Origin: the human T2T-CHM13v2.0 reference genome, Homo sapiens
Reading direction: 5' to 3' (one strand)
Length of the DNA stretch: 64,000 nt
Assembly (NCBI RefSeq): GCF_009914755.1
Contig: NC_060927.1
Shown here: positions 26,918 through 42,566 of the stretch, piece after piece
Position numbering within the stretch: the stretch's first letter is position 1
Layout of the letters: each line of letters begins with the position of its first letter
Translations under genes and position numbers: made by a program
Notes under the pieces: model-generated
What the model saw: only the letters and a program-made list of their open reading frames with translations
Told to the model about the DNA's origin: nothing
Database searches by the model: none

Positions 26918-29900
26918 AACATCCTTTTCTTTCAAATTGAAGAACTCTGTTTTGCATTTCTTTTAGGATAGGTCTATTGTTAATAAAATCCTTCAGCTTT
27001 TGTTTGTCTGGGAATGTCTTTATTTCCCCTTTGTGCTTGAGGAATATTTTCACCAAATACACTGTTCTAGAGTAAAAGGTGTTTTTTTCCCCCTTTGGCT
27101 TGTTAAACATCTCATGTACTTTATGTCATTCCATTCTCTTCTGGCCTGTATGATTTCCACTGACAACTCTGCTGCCAAATGTATTGGAGCTTCATTGTAT
27201 GTTATTTGTTGTGGTTTTCTTGCTGCTTTTAGGATCCTTTCTTTATCCTTGACTTTGGGAGTTTCATTATTAAATGCCTTGAGGTAGTCTTCTTTGGGTT
27301 AAATCTGCTTTACGTTCTGTAACCTTCTTGTACTTGAATGTTGATGTCCTTCTCTAGGCTTGGAAAGTTCTCTGATATTATCCCTTTGAATAAACTTTCA
27401 ACTTCTATCTCTTTTTCTATCTTCTTCTTATAGCCAATGACTCTTAGATTTGTCCTTTTAAGACTATTCTCTAGATATTGTGGTGTGCTTCCTTTTTTTT
27501 TTCTTTTGTCTCCTCTGATCATGTATTTTCAAATAGCTGTCTTCAAGCTCATTAATTCTTTCAGTGGATCAGACCTAAAGCCAGCACAACACTGGGTCTT
27601 GCCCAAGGCCCATTTGTTCAATTCTGCTATCAGGAGACTCTGATGAATTCTTCAGTATGTCAATTGCACTTTTCAGCTCTAGAATTTCTGGTTGATTCTT
27701 TTAAATTATTGCAATATTTTTGTTAAATTTATCTGATTGAATTCAGAATTCTTTTTCTATGTTATCTTGAATTGCTTTCAGTTTTCTGTGTCTGAAGGGT
27801 CACATATCTCTGTTTCTCCAGGATTGGTCCCTAGTGCCTTACTTAGTTCATTTGGCAAAGTCATTTTTTTTGTTGTTTCGTTTTATTTTGTTTTGTTTTT
27901 GGATGGTCTTGATGGTCATAGATGTTCATTGGTGTCTGGGCACAGAAGAGTTAGGTCCTTGTTGTAGCCTTCATAATCTGGGCTTGATTGTGCTCATCCT
28001 TTTTGGGAAGGTTTTCCTAGTATTCGCAAGAAGTTGGGCCACAGGCCCAATAGTTCTTTGGTTTGTGCAGATTTGTAGAAGTGCTGCTTTGGTGGTCTTG
28101 GATAAGATCCAGAAGAATTCTGTGGATTACCACGCAGAGACACTTTTTCTTTTTAACTTACTTTACCCCAAACAAACTGAGTCTCTATCTCTTTACTGAG
28201 CTGCCTGAAACTGGTGGTGTGGTGATGCAAGGACCCCTGTGGCCACCACCACTGGGATTGTGCTGGATCAGACCTAAAGCCAGCACAACAGTGAGTCTTG
28301 CCCAAGGCCCACTGTAACCACTACCTAGATACCCACTATGTTCACTCAAGGACCTAAGGCTCTACAATTGGCAGGTGGCAAGGCCAGCCAGGTTTGCATT
28401 CTTCTCTTTGGGGTAGCAATTTTCCTCAAGCCCCAGGGAAGTCCATAGATGCTATTCTATTCTATTCTGCTGTGGCTATGCCGGCACTCAAACCACAACA
28501 TAAAGTCATTCCTACTCTTCCCTCTCCTTTCCACAGGCAGAGGAACCTCTCCCTGTAGCCACCACCACCACCAGCCTATGAAGAGTTCTGCTAGGCCACC
28601 AGTGATGTTCCCTTAAAGCCTAAGGTCTCTTCCATCAGCTTGTTGTGAATGCTCCCAGGCCTGGGACTCATCCTTCAGGGCAGCAGGCTCCACTCTGGCC
28701 CAGGGCAGGCAGGTCCACAAATGCTGTCCAAAAGCCTAGGCCTGTACTCAGGGACCCCAACTGTCTGCTTGTTGTTCTACCCCTACTGTGGCCATGCTGA
28801 TACCTAAGGTGCAAAACAAAGTCCTCTTTACTTTTGCCTCTGCTTTTCTCAAACAGAAGGAGTCTTTCACCATAGCCACTGTAGCTGAGAATGTGCTGGG
28901 TCACACCTGATGCCAGCACATCTCAGAGTTCAAGGCTCATGGCATACTACCTGCATATCACTGCTAGTTATTCAGAGCCCAAGGGTTCTTTAGACAGTGG
29001 GTGATGAATCCTAGGTCCTTCCCTTCAAGGCAGTGGGTTCTGTTTCAGCCCAGGATGTGTCTAGATATGTCATCCGTCATCTAGGAGCTATGGCCTGGAA
29101 TGAGGCCTCACAACTCTACCCAATGCCCTATCCTACTGTGGCTGAGCTGGTATCCATGATGCAAGACAAAGTTCTCTCTACTCTTTATTCTCCTCCCCTC
29201 AAGCAGAAGGAAGGAGTCACTTTCATTGCTGTAAGCTGCACTGCATGGAGTTGGGGGAAGGAATGGTACAAGCACTACCTTAGCCACCCCAGCTGGTGTT
29301 TCTCTAGGTCATGTGCCACCCTAGTCCATGGGCTGTAAGCCCAACCCAGCACTAGGAGTTGTCCAGAAATTGTAGTCCATGTGTCCTAGACAAACTTTCA
29401 AGTTTACCTAGGCCCCCAAAGCACTTTGGCCCATGGTGGTGAGGCTTGCTAAGAAACTCAAGTTCCAACTACTGGCATGGTCTATTCCCCTTTGGCTAGA
29501 GCTAGTCCAAATTCTCCCTCTGTGTGCATGAGCTGACTGAGCCCAGTATGGCTTTTGTTCTCTCTATGACAAGGCAGCACTGAATTCGATATAAAATCCC
29601 CCAGTCACCGAGCATTCCCTCCTCCAAGTCCACAGACTCTCCGTGCCACTCAGCCATTGCCTGTAAGTTAAAACCAGGTACTGTGATTGCTCAACTGATT
29701 TTTTGGTTCTTATGAGAGTGCTTTTCTGTGTGTAGATTGTTGTTAAAATTTGTTGCTCCTGAGGGGGCGACAAATAATATCGGCTTCTATTCCACCATCT
29801 TGCTCTGTCCCAGGTATGTTTTTTAAATGCTTAAAACCTATAAATTCCTTCTGGAAGTTGATTTCTCTTGTCTTGTTTCTTTGTTAGTGTTACAGTATCA

Positions 29901-30419
29901 TTTAGCATCATCATTAAATAACACTACACACGTTAGATATTAGCTATTTCATGGCTGTTGTGGCAGTGGGACAATTGGTGATGGTGATATTAAATCCCAA
30001 GTTAATGTGAACATTGGCCCTCATGTGATCTGCTATCCATTCCATGAGCTCTTCTGCCTTTAGGAAGTGCTGCATCCCCTGAAAACATCCCAAAATTATG
30101 TCCAAAGATGATCATGAATCAGATGTTCTGTGACAAAATTTATTTCTTGATGTGTGCCCTCTTCTGAGTTCATTCCTCCTTGCTGAGATTTCATGTTGTA
30201 TAGAATCAGAAAGACTCTTCCCAGGCCTGCTCTGATACCAGTCTTTCCACCTCAGGCCATGTGATAATAAATCTATGTTTATTTCCAAAAAGAAACAAAT
30301 TGTCCTTGACTGTCTTTACTTGTTTTTCTTATTAGTTCCTGATTTTTTTTCTGTACTAGAGAAAAATAGCTTCTAGATTTTATATGAAACTGTGTTCTTA
30401 TCTAAAGTTCAAACATCTT

Positions 30420-30738
<319 letters not shown>

Positions 30739-31055
30739 TTAATGCCTGTGGGCTGGGACACTTAACAGGTGCCGGGCTTACTTGAAAACCAGAGAGGAGC
30801 CTAGTAAGAAGCCTGTTGGTGATTTACTACCTTACAGACAGCTTCATAACCCTACCTAGGACAAATTTTCATCCTTATCTTCAAGATCTCCTGAACTCTT
30901 CTCAATGATTTCATACCCAGGTGGCAAAGATTTATTTCTTATATGAAGTACAAAGTTTTAAGTTTTAATGCTTTTCTTTTCTTTTTTGGTTGAAATCTGG
31001 GCTTTTAGTGCACCCATCACCTGAGTAGTGAGCGTTGTACCCAGTAAGTAATTTT

Positions 31056-32756
<1,701 letters not shown>

Positions 32757-32934
32757 CTACTACAATTTCAATATGAAACTGGAAATTTTAATAAGATACA
32801 TCTGGCAATTCAGCCTTCAGGTCCCAGGCCAAATGTCACCATTTAAGATTTATACTCTTATAACACCGTGAGCTTTTTTCAAAGGATTTAAATTAAAAAT
32901 GTAACTACGTATTTTATCAATCAATGTTTCTTTT

Positions 32935-33075
32935 TTCATCACACTGTAAACTCTTTGAGAGCAGGCACTTTGTCTATTTTTCTCACTATTATATCCATAA
33001 AGAACACAGAAATTACTAAATATTTGTGTAGTTAAACAAGTGAATAAATGAGGGAATGAATGCATCAATGAATAA
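32935..33075 (+). mobile_element. L2 3' end
   Basis: actgtaaactctttgagagcagg...taaatatttg...gaatgaatg. Confidence 0.65.
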
Positions 33076-34769
33076 AAAGCTGGGATCAGATGTTTTGTAT
33101 CATAGGAACCGTGTCAAGATTCAGAAATGTTGTTGACACCAAACCAATCTCTAAATTATGTTCTCTATATTTGCCATATTTACTACTTTGTAAGATAATA
33201 TATCTTCCAGTAGAACTCAGGGTTAACTTTGTATTCTGCAAGGCCATCTGAAATCTGTATGGACCTGCCATTCTAGGTAAAGGAGATCTAATCTCTAGTT
33301 TCCTCTGACTCTCCAGGTTCTGACTCAGCAGAATGGACTAAAGGACCATTATCAATATCCAGAACTTCTAGGCTTCTTAAAGAGCTTGAAATGATGTACA
33401 TAGAATCAAAGTTTCCCCAAAACCTGAAAGCAGTTTTGGACCCAGCGTTCAGCCATACTTGAATACAAAGGAAAAAAGTAAATGCAGAAAGTGGTGGGAA
33501 ATGAAAGGAGAAAGGCAATAGAAGAAAGCACTAATTTTTTGACATAGCCACTTGAAAGAAGAAAAATAATTAGTTATATATTTACACAATTACCAAAGAA
33601 TTATAGCCCGTTTCTCAAAGTCTGTGTTTTTAATAGTGATCTATTTAGACAGTTGTATTAACTCTCACAGTCCAATATGTTACTATTGGGAACATAGAAA
33701 GATACCTGTTGTTTATATTTAATATAAGTTTCTATCTTTTATCTGTCAGGGGAAATTGAATGAGAACACTGTTTTAGAATACCTCAAAATTTCTTAGCTG
33801 TAACTCAGTATGCAGATATAATTAATGGTGGAAATGAAAATTCCCCACACTGGGAATTCTGGCTTTATTGCTATTAAATCCTCTGCACAGAGGTTGAGCC
33901 AGAGGTCTTGGGACCACATATTTTACTTCCCTCCTTCTATCTTGTTCCCATTTCTGTGACCGAGTTTCATTTCTCAGTTTTAGTTCTGCTCAGTTTTCTT
34001 TTCTCTGAGAATAAAACTACCAGATGTAAATGGCACCTGTTGCCACAGCAGCTAAAATATTCAGTTCTACCTTTCTCTTCTCAAAGGAACCTTAATGTAT
34101 TCAGTACCTTTCTCTGGGTTAGAACAAAAGTTAGGAGCTAGGTTAGAATTAACCTCAGATATTCTCACAACCACTGAGATACAGCGTATGTGTGAATTCA
34201 TTGACTGTTGATATTCCAAATCATTGTAAAATCACCTGTGTCATGAGAAAAAGAAACAATCATATGATTGATCAATGGTTCCATATTAACACCATCTGTC
34301 TAGGGGCTCTTCTAAGAGTTCTATGGCAAGAGAGAACAAAGTACACTAATGGAGCGTGAACTTTCTGTGGCTTACAAAGTCGGTTACATTTCAAGTTAGA
34401 TTCATGTTTGATTCCCTGCAGTTTAATTTAGCCAGCAATATCCCCATTAAGATTGGTTCTTCCTCTGATTGAATCAAATAATTACTTGCTTATACTTCCA
34501 AGCTCTCATATCCCTTCCAATTTCTTTTGTTTTCTCAATGGAATTACTGTCTGCTTGGTTAGTTGAAAGGATTAAATCCTAACTGAAAGAAAAGTAGGAG
34601 TCTTTGAAGTGGCTGCTCTGTCTCTATTATAGAAACAGGAAAGGCAGGAAGTCCTACAAAAACTGTCACCACATTTATTGCCAAGTTTGTTCATGTCTGT
34701 ACATTTTAAGGGATGGCTCTCTAAAGTCATGGAAAATTAAATGGGGAGATGGATTCTAAAGAAGGAACA

Positions 34770-35255
34770 TATGTCAAACAAAAAATATATCCACACATAA
34801 AAACTGTATACAAATGCTCATCATAGCTTTATTCATCACAGTCTCAAACTGGAAACATCCCACATGCCCATCAACAGAGGAATGGATGAACAAAATACTG
34901 TTCAGCAATAAAAGAAATAATCTATTAATATACGCAACAACATAGATGGATCTCAAAAGCATTATGCTGAGCGGAAGAAGCATACTATGTGATGACATGT
35001 ATATAGAACTCTAGAAAAAAACAAATCTAATCTATAAAGACAAAAAGCAGATCAGTGATTGCCTGGAACCAAGGTAAAGAGAGGAGAGGACTGACTAGGG
35101 ACAAACACAAGGGACTTTTGTGGCATGATAAAATGTTCTGTATATTAATCGCAATGGTGTTTATATGGGAATAAATTTACCAAAATTTATCAAAACACTT
35201 AAAAGGATTATACTTTATTGTATATAAATTATATCTCAATAAATATGATTTTTAA
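34770..35255 (+). mobile_element. L1ME-type 3' fragment
   Basis: atatccacacataaaaactgtatacaaatgctcat...ggatctcaaaagcattatgctgag...gatcagtgattgcc. Confidence 0.75.
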
Positions 35256-35451
35256 AATAATATATATTACTTTAAATATATACTATGTGTTTTATATATA
35301 TATATATTCTTCATTTCTTACTACTGAATCCTGTCAACACAGAGACTATCTTTTACCCTGGACTTTTTCAAATAGGGAAACAGATTCAATGTTAAAAAAA
35401 AAATTGTGAAGTTCCCTAGTATATGGTTCCTCAGATAGACGCTAGTTACCT

Positions 35452-35880
35452 ATAGTTGGTAGGATAATATCCTCAAACATACCACATCTAATCCCAGGAA
35501 GTTGCAAATGGAAAAAGGATATTTGCAGTTGTGATTAAGGGTCTTATCCTGGACTATTCAGGTGGGACCTAAAATGCAATAAGAGTCCTTATAAGAAAGA
35601 GGAAAAAGGAGATTACACACAGAAAATGCGAAGGCAGAGGCAGACAGAGATTGGAGTGATGAAGCCACATGCCAAGGAATGCTGGCAGCCACAGAAGCTG
35701 GAAGCAGTAAGAAAAGGATTCTCCCCTAGGACTTCCAGAAAGAGTGCAGCCCAGCTTGATTTGGGGCCACTGATACTGATTTTGGACTTTTGGCTTCCAG
35801 AACTGTGAAGGAATAAATTTCTCTTCCTTTAAGTCACCAAGTTTGTGGTAATTTATTATAGTAGTCACAGACACTAGTAC
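35452..35880 (+). mobile_element. MLT1 (MLT1C-like) MaLR LTR
   Basis: gagattggagtgatg...gccaaggaatgctggcagccacagaagctggaag...ccagaactgtgaaggaataaattt. Confidence 0.85.
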
Positions 35881-37040
35881 GATAGTTTTAATTAAATCCC
35901 AAACATTTAAAATTTTATAAATTCCACTCAATCAAAGATTTTTTGAGTTAGTATTATGAACAAGACCATGGGGAAAACCTAGCTTAAGTCATTCATACTC
36001 AAAGGAAGGAAGCAGATGCTGGAACACAGGGCAGAAGAGATCGGAACTATCTGATAACAGAGAAGCTACAGTGGTGATGAGAAAAGTGGGAGGAGGGAAA
36101 GGTGATATTATCTGAGCAAAGGATCAGTGAATCCTTCGGGAAAGAGCTGGCTTCAAATTTGGCCTTGAAAGACTGATAAGACTTCAACAAAATGTGACAG
36201 GATACCTGAATATATCTGAGAGTCACCTGTACAAATTTATTCACTATAAAGCTTATTTGGGACTCTTGATATCATGAATACAGCTAGCTTATAGTTCGTA
36301 TAATGCACCATGAAATCACAGAACCACGCTCAGTCAGTGTAAAAAGCCTCTAATATGGGTGCTGTTCTTATATCCCAACATAGCCATGGGCATTCGTTAG
36401 TGTCCCTTCCTCTACAGGAAAATTGATACTCATATGAATTCTAAAAATATAGCTTATCTTGACTCTAGCTTTTTAAATTTGTGTCTCTTAGCAGGGATCT
36501 GAGGTTATCTAGTTGAGAGCAGTCCCAATATCCCAGAAGCCCATTTTCTAAAAGGGTTAATAGTCACACAATGTTATAAGAAAAAATGAAGAGCCAAAAC
36601 AACATCTGAGGTGTGCCATCACAAAAGATGTTCAGGGAATAGTTACCAAAAGCAGCCCTTTTCAAAATGAAAACTAGGTTTTAGGATTTACAGTTTATTG
36701 TACTACAAAACTCTCCTCAGATTTTACTAAGGCCCCACCTCATCTCTCATATACATGCATATTATCAATAATGAATGAGAATGAGCTCTGCCAGGTATGA
36801 AAGCACATTATAGCCATTAAAGCAGCTTGGTACTACAGATGGAATATACAGCTTGATGATATAAAATAAGCTAGATTTATAAACAAATATGGGTGAAAAT
36901 TAGGTATATTATAAGCTAGTGTTTTGTATCAATGGACAATAAACAATACAAAAACAACCAGCTTTTAAAAAGTAAGCTGGATTCTAACTCACCTCTTCAA
37001 CCAAGATACAAATCCCAGAAGAATCAAAGATTTAGATGTG

Positions 37041-37042
<2 letters not shown>

Positions 37043-37118
<76 letters not shown>
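37043..37118 (+). repeat. Compound microsatellite (AC)21 followed by (TC)n
   Basis: Read directly from the sequence. Confidence 0.97.
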
Positions 37119-37137
37119 ATAAAATCCTTGAGTAAAT

Positions 37138-37436
<299 letters not shown>

Positions 37437-40246
37437 CAAGAATTTTATTCCAATGAGAACCAAAACCTAATACCTTAAAAATTAAAAAAGATTGAAACCA
37501 TAAAGAGATTCATAAGAATGAAAATTTTTTAACTAAAAATAATACCATTAACAAAGTCAACAGTCCGGAGAATATGTGCAACCAAGGACAAAGTGCTAAT
37601 TTCCTTAATATATGAAAAAATATAAATATTAATTAAATTAAGAGATAAGTTATTCTATGGAAAAATTGACAAAGACCAAGGAAAGTAGTTCACGTAGCTA
37701 ATAAACATCTGTCAGTCTATGTTAAATTGGTATCACCTTCTTAAAGGGCAATTTGGCAACATCTGGCAAATTTTAAAATGCATACAAATACAATCTGATA
37801 AAGATTTTACTTCTACAAATATTCTCAACCAAGTACACATACTCATTTTTTTGCTTAAACATTTCTTTGTATTTTTATTGATTTTTTAAAAAATTTCTGC
37901 CCAGTTATGACAATGAAATGGGAAACCACAATTACAATTCACAAATTGTGGCATGAAAAACAAGACACACCCCATAAGGAATTATACCAAACCCTTTTCT
38001 ATTTATTCAAAAGAGAGTGCAAGATGCAAGTGTCAAATATGAGCACTGTAATTTTTTTCTTCTTAGAAGGTTATGTACAAGAATATATTTTATACATAAC
38101 AACATTATGGTATCCTATTGGCATATAAAATTGTTTCATCAAATTTGTTCATTAAATGAGAGGCTTAATTGTTTATCATGGGTGGGTATTTAATGTCACT
38201 CTATGGAAAGAGTCATATGGTTGTTGAAAAGATTTATGATTAATCTATCTTGAAAAAATTTTTATTGAAAAAATGTCACCAAGAATGTGCTAGGAAGAGG
38301 AAGAGGCAACCTATACTTCCAAGTTAGTATCATTTTACTTCAAAGAGAAGAGCAACAGAATTTCAAAAAATATGTGAAGTTTGAGGTACAGATATTTTCT
38401 AGGACTACAGCAATGCTGAAACCCATTAAAGTCGGTCACCCGCATTTCCTAAACTTTCCAGTTAATCACTTTAAAAATGTTTCTCACTCCACTAGCAAAT
38501 AAGTGAGAAAAAGTGATGTAGCAGAAGTTGTTTAGGTGGGAGTTTTTTCTCAAATGATTGATAAGCCAGTTATAATGGCACACTCGTCTTCCAAGTTATT
38601 AGTAACAAAAGAGATTCATTAGAGTAGTCTAATCTGAAACAAAGGCAATAATACAGGGAACTTTTTACAACTCACTAAAAAAAGATGCCACTTCCAACTG
38701 TCCAATTATCCAAGAAACAGCTTTTATAAATGTTCAGAATTAAAAATATATGCTATGTTCCAGACAACAAACATCTTCAGCAGCTATAACAGCTTGAGAG
38801 GACTGCTCAGGTTTTTCTAGGCACACAGAGGATAGAAAGCTACACCAGAAATGAAAAATCCTTGATTAGCTTTCACCTGAGTTACCTTTGGTAACTCAGG
38901 AAATAAAGTTTTGTTCTACTGATTCTCTAGCTAGAAATCCTGTTAAAATATCCACCCAAGGCTTTAAAAATCAGCACCAACCATATGAACCCCTTTGTCA
39001 GTTCATGGAAGGATTAATTATCCTAGGAATTCTAATTTAGAGCAATAGTGGAGTCAAGAAGAGGGGTGTTAAAACATCACAGGTGGAGGCACAACCTTAA
39101 AATTTAACCTCAGCTGACTTCAGGGACAATTCCAACCACAAATAAGAGACATCAGATCCTGGGGTTTGTTGCAATCTTTCCCTGATCATTATGCTGGTTC
39201 CTGTAATGACAGAAACCTTTATCTGCATTTTTTGAGAAATTAAATAATTTGCACAAACGTACCCAGCTATAAAGATGCAAATATTCCAAATAGACAAGAC
39301 CATTCTTACCTGCTGCCATGACTACCTTCCTTTGTTATATTCTCTGTTTGATCATACAAAGAATTATTTGCTCTGTGGCAGCTTTATACATACTAATAAA
39401 GACTTCAAATAAAGCTATAACCCACTCTCTCAGGTAAATTAAAAATACTGATATATTTGTTGTCCATTTACAAATTTATTTTTCAGTAATTAAACTCTCA
39501 GAAAAGGCAAGTATTTTTGAGATGTAAGGAGCACCTATTGTCCACCCAATTACTTTACTTTTAAATTAAACTGTTTCAAATTAAAATATATGTAGCAATT
39601 TTACTCCAACTTTATCAGCACAGGAAGCTATCAATTTTTTTAATTTTCTCCTTAATATTGCTCTATTTTGAATTTTTATCACTAGATGGTATGAACAATT
39701 TCATATATTATCATTTTCCAATTGCATTTCCCCTATTGAATTGTCAGCTCATGTCACTTGCCTGCTTATCTTTTGCAGTCTCAATATTTTTCTCATAACT
39801 TGAGTGCATCCTTAATATTTTATAAATATCAAAATATCATACTTGATGTAAACATCTTGTGGTTGATCTTATTACTATTTTCATCATAAGGATATTTTAA
39901 ACTTGTATATATGAACATATTTTCATTCTTCTTATTATTACTTAGATGTTGAAAAAGTTATTTCTCCATAAACTATTTTGTCTTCTGCCAGTTCTTCTAT
40001 AATTTGAGATTTTATAATTAACCCTCCAATTTGATGTGATCTAGACATTTCATTCTCCTTCTCAGCACATAAGCAGAAACAGATAAATTATAATTCCCAC
40101 TCTCAATGGTATAATAGCTATAAAGCTACTCCTTTTTCTTACACCTAGTGAAAAATGCAGCATCATTCTGCAAACAACACTTATTATTACTCCACACCTC
40201 ACCACCCACTCTCCCACCCACCTCCACCCAAATGGCAATCACTGCC

Positions 40247-40676
40247 TGATATGGTTTGGGTCTGTGTCCCTGCCCAAATCTCATCTTGAATTGCAATCTC
40301 CACCTTTGGAAGTGGGACTTGCTGAAAGGTGGTTGGATCATGGGAGTGGATTTCTCATGAGTGGTTTAGCCCCATCCTGTTGGTGCTGTTCTCACGATAG
40401 TGAATGAGTGCTTAGGAGATCTGGTTGTTTAAAAATGTGAAGCACCCACCTCCTGGCCTTCCTTCTTGCTCCTGCCCTAGTCATGTGACATGCTTGCTCC
40501 CTGTTTGCCTTCTGCCATGATTGTAAACTTCCTGAGGCCTCCCCAGAAGCCAGGCAGATGACGGTACCATGTTTCCTGTACAACCTGCAGAACCGTGAGC
40601 CAATTAAACTGCTTTTCTTTATAAATTCCTTAGTCTCTGGTATTTTTTTATAGCAACCCAAGAACAGACTAATACA
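40247..40676 (+). mobile_element. MSTA-type MaLR solo LTR with 5-bp TSD
   Basis: tgatatggtttgg...gactaataca flanked by CTGCC at 40242-40246 and 40677-40681. Confidence 0.92.
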
Positions 40677-41774
40677 CTGCCCTTATTCAAATGGAGTATA
40701 TTTTGGTGATTAGTATAACGTGATTTTTTAATATTTCAAAATGCTAACCAATTATTCCAATGTGATATATTTAATAATCTTTTCTCTTCCCTCCCATGTT
40801 TAGTAAATGTATCCATCTTTGTGAGATGTATTTATACCTACTTGATGCTACCCCATTATTTTATATTTTTATTTTTTACCAATATCAAAATTTCTTAAAT
40901 ATTATTGCTTTATTATAGGTTTCAATATATAGCAGGTATTTTTCTCTCTATTGCTGTTCTTTAATGTATTTGTCTTGATTTTTACCTGTTCACTTTTCCA
41001 GTGATTTAGAAGTTTTTTTATCAAAATTCTTAAAATTTCTTTTGAGATTTTGATAGAAATACCTTCAAATATACTTTTTTAAAACTTGGATGCCACAATG
41101 TATGAATATTTCAAAACAACATGTACGATAAATACATAAAATTTTTGTCAATTAAAAATAAGTTTAAACTTGGAGAACTTACAATTCATACAGCACATTG
41201 AGTTACCATGCAAAACTGACTATTGTGCTTCATTTAGAAAAGCTAGACAATATAACTATATTAAAATATTTAAATAATCAGCTCCTAACCAGAAAATGGG
41301 GAGTAAACAAGATAATAAAATCTGTAGGAATAAATCTAATTTATTAAAAAAATTTAACTGTCATTACAAAAATTACAGCATCATATAGAATACTATATAC
41401 AAAAAATTGAGAAATTTAAAAATACTTTTTTACAAGTAATTATATGTCAGTTATTCTTTTCCTATATCATTCCTTTTCTGATTTTTAAGTTAATGGACTT
41501 TATTTATCAGTGCAATTTTAGTTTGACACAAAAGCGAATATAAAGTACAGGGAATTTTCATGTACTCTTTCCCTTCTTCTCTCTCCCAACATACTAGTTT
41601 CCCCTATTACTAACATCTTGCATTGGTGCGGCACATTTGGTACAATTAATGAACCAATATAATTAAAGTCCATCATTTATATCAGGGCTCACTGTTTGTA
41701 TTATACAGTTCTATAGATTTTCAGAAACGCATAATGTCATGTATCTACCAATACAGTTTAATACAAAATGATTT

Positions 41775-42537
41775 TGCGTCCGGAATTGGTTCTTTCCGGT
41801 GGGTTCTTGGACTGGCTGACTTCAAGAATGAAGTCACAGACCCTCGTGATGAGTGTTAAAGTTCTTAAAGATGGTGTGTCCACAGTTTGTTCCTTCAGAT
41901 ATTCAGATGTGTCCAGTGTTTCTTCCTTCTGGTGCGTTCGTGGTCTCGCTGACTTTAAGAGTGAAGCTGCAGACCTTCCGGTCAGTGTTACAGCTCATGA
42001 AGGCAGCACCGCAGTTGTTCGTTCCTCCAGGTGGGTTCATGGCCTCGCTGGCTTCAGGAGTGAAGCTGCAGACCTTCCCGGTGAGTGTTACAGCTCATAA
42101 ACGTGGTGCAGACCCAAAGAGTGAGCAGCAACAAGATTCATTGCTAAGAGTGAAAAAACAAAGCTTCTACAGTGCAGAAGGGGACCCGAGTAGGTTGCTG
42201 CTGCTGGCCCCCATGGCCTGTTTTTATTCCCATATTTGGCTCCATCACAGCCTGCTGATTGGTCCATTTTACAGAGAGCTGATTGATCCATTTTACAGAC
42301 TGCTGATTGGTCCGTTGTTACAGAGTGCTGATTGGTGCGTTTACAAACTTTTAGAGCGCTGATTGATCCATTTTACAGACTGCTGATTGGTCCGTTGTTA
42401 CAGAGTGCTGATTGGTGCGTTTACAAACTTTTAGCTAGACACAGAGCGTTGATTGGTGCATTTACAATCCTTAAGCTAGACAGAAAAGTTCTCCAAGTCC
42501 CCACCCCACCCAGAAGCCCAGCCAGCTTCACCTCTCA
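41775..42537 (-). mobile_element. Solo LTR12-family (ERV9) LTR
   Basis: Minus strand starts tgagaggtgaagctggctgggcttctggg...ggacttggagaactttt. Repeated gctgattggt boxes, gagtgaagctgcagacc repeats, and a degenerate 4-bp TSD (attt/gttt). Confidence 0.92.
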
Positions 42538-42566
42538 GTTTCACTGCCCTAAAAATCTCCAGTACT

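Larger units (their letters stand above)
23978..29810 (-). mobile_element. About 5.8-kb old L1 (L1M/L1MA lineage): 5' UTR, ORF1 and 5' part of ORF2, decayed
   Basis: Minus strand starts ggacagagcaagatggtggaatagaag (L1 5' end). ORF1 relics LENSLKRTNLRVIG...IISENFPSLEKDINIQVQE and EIKTFPDKQKLKDFI. ORF2-like DNA continues to about 23980. Confidence 0.88.

Noticed and set aside
29753-29770. CTCF-like motif cctgagggggcg
   Set aside because: Only a partial match, inside an L1 5' UTR; not supportable from sequence alone.
42241-42460. Repeat array as CRISPR-like
   Set aside because: No unique spacers or cas genes; these are LTR12 U3 CCAAT repeats in a eukaryotic genome.
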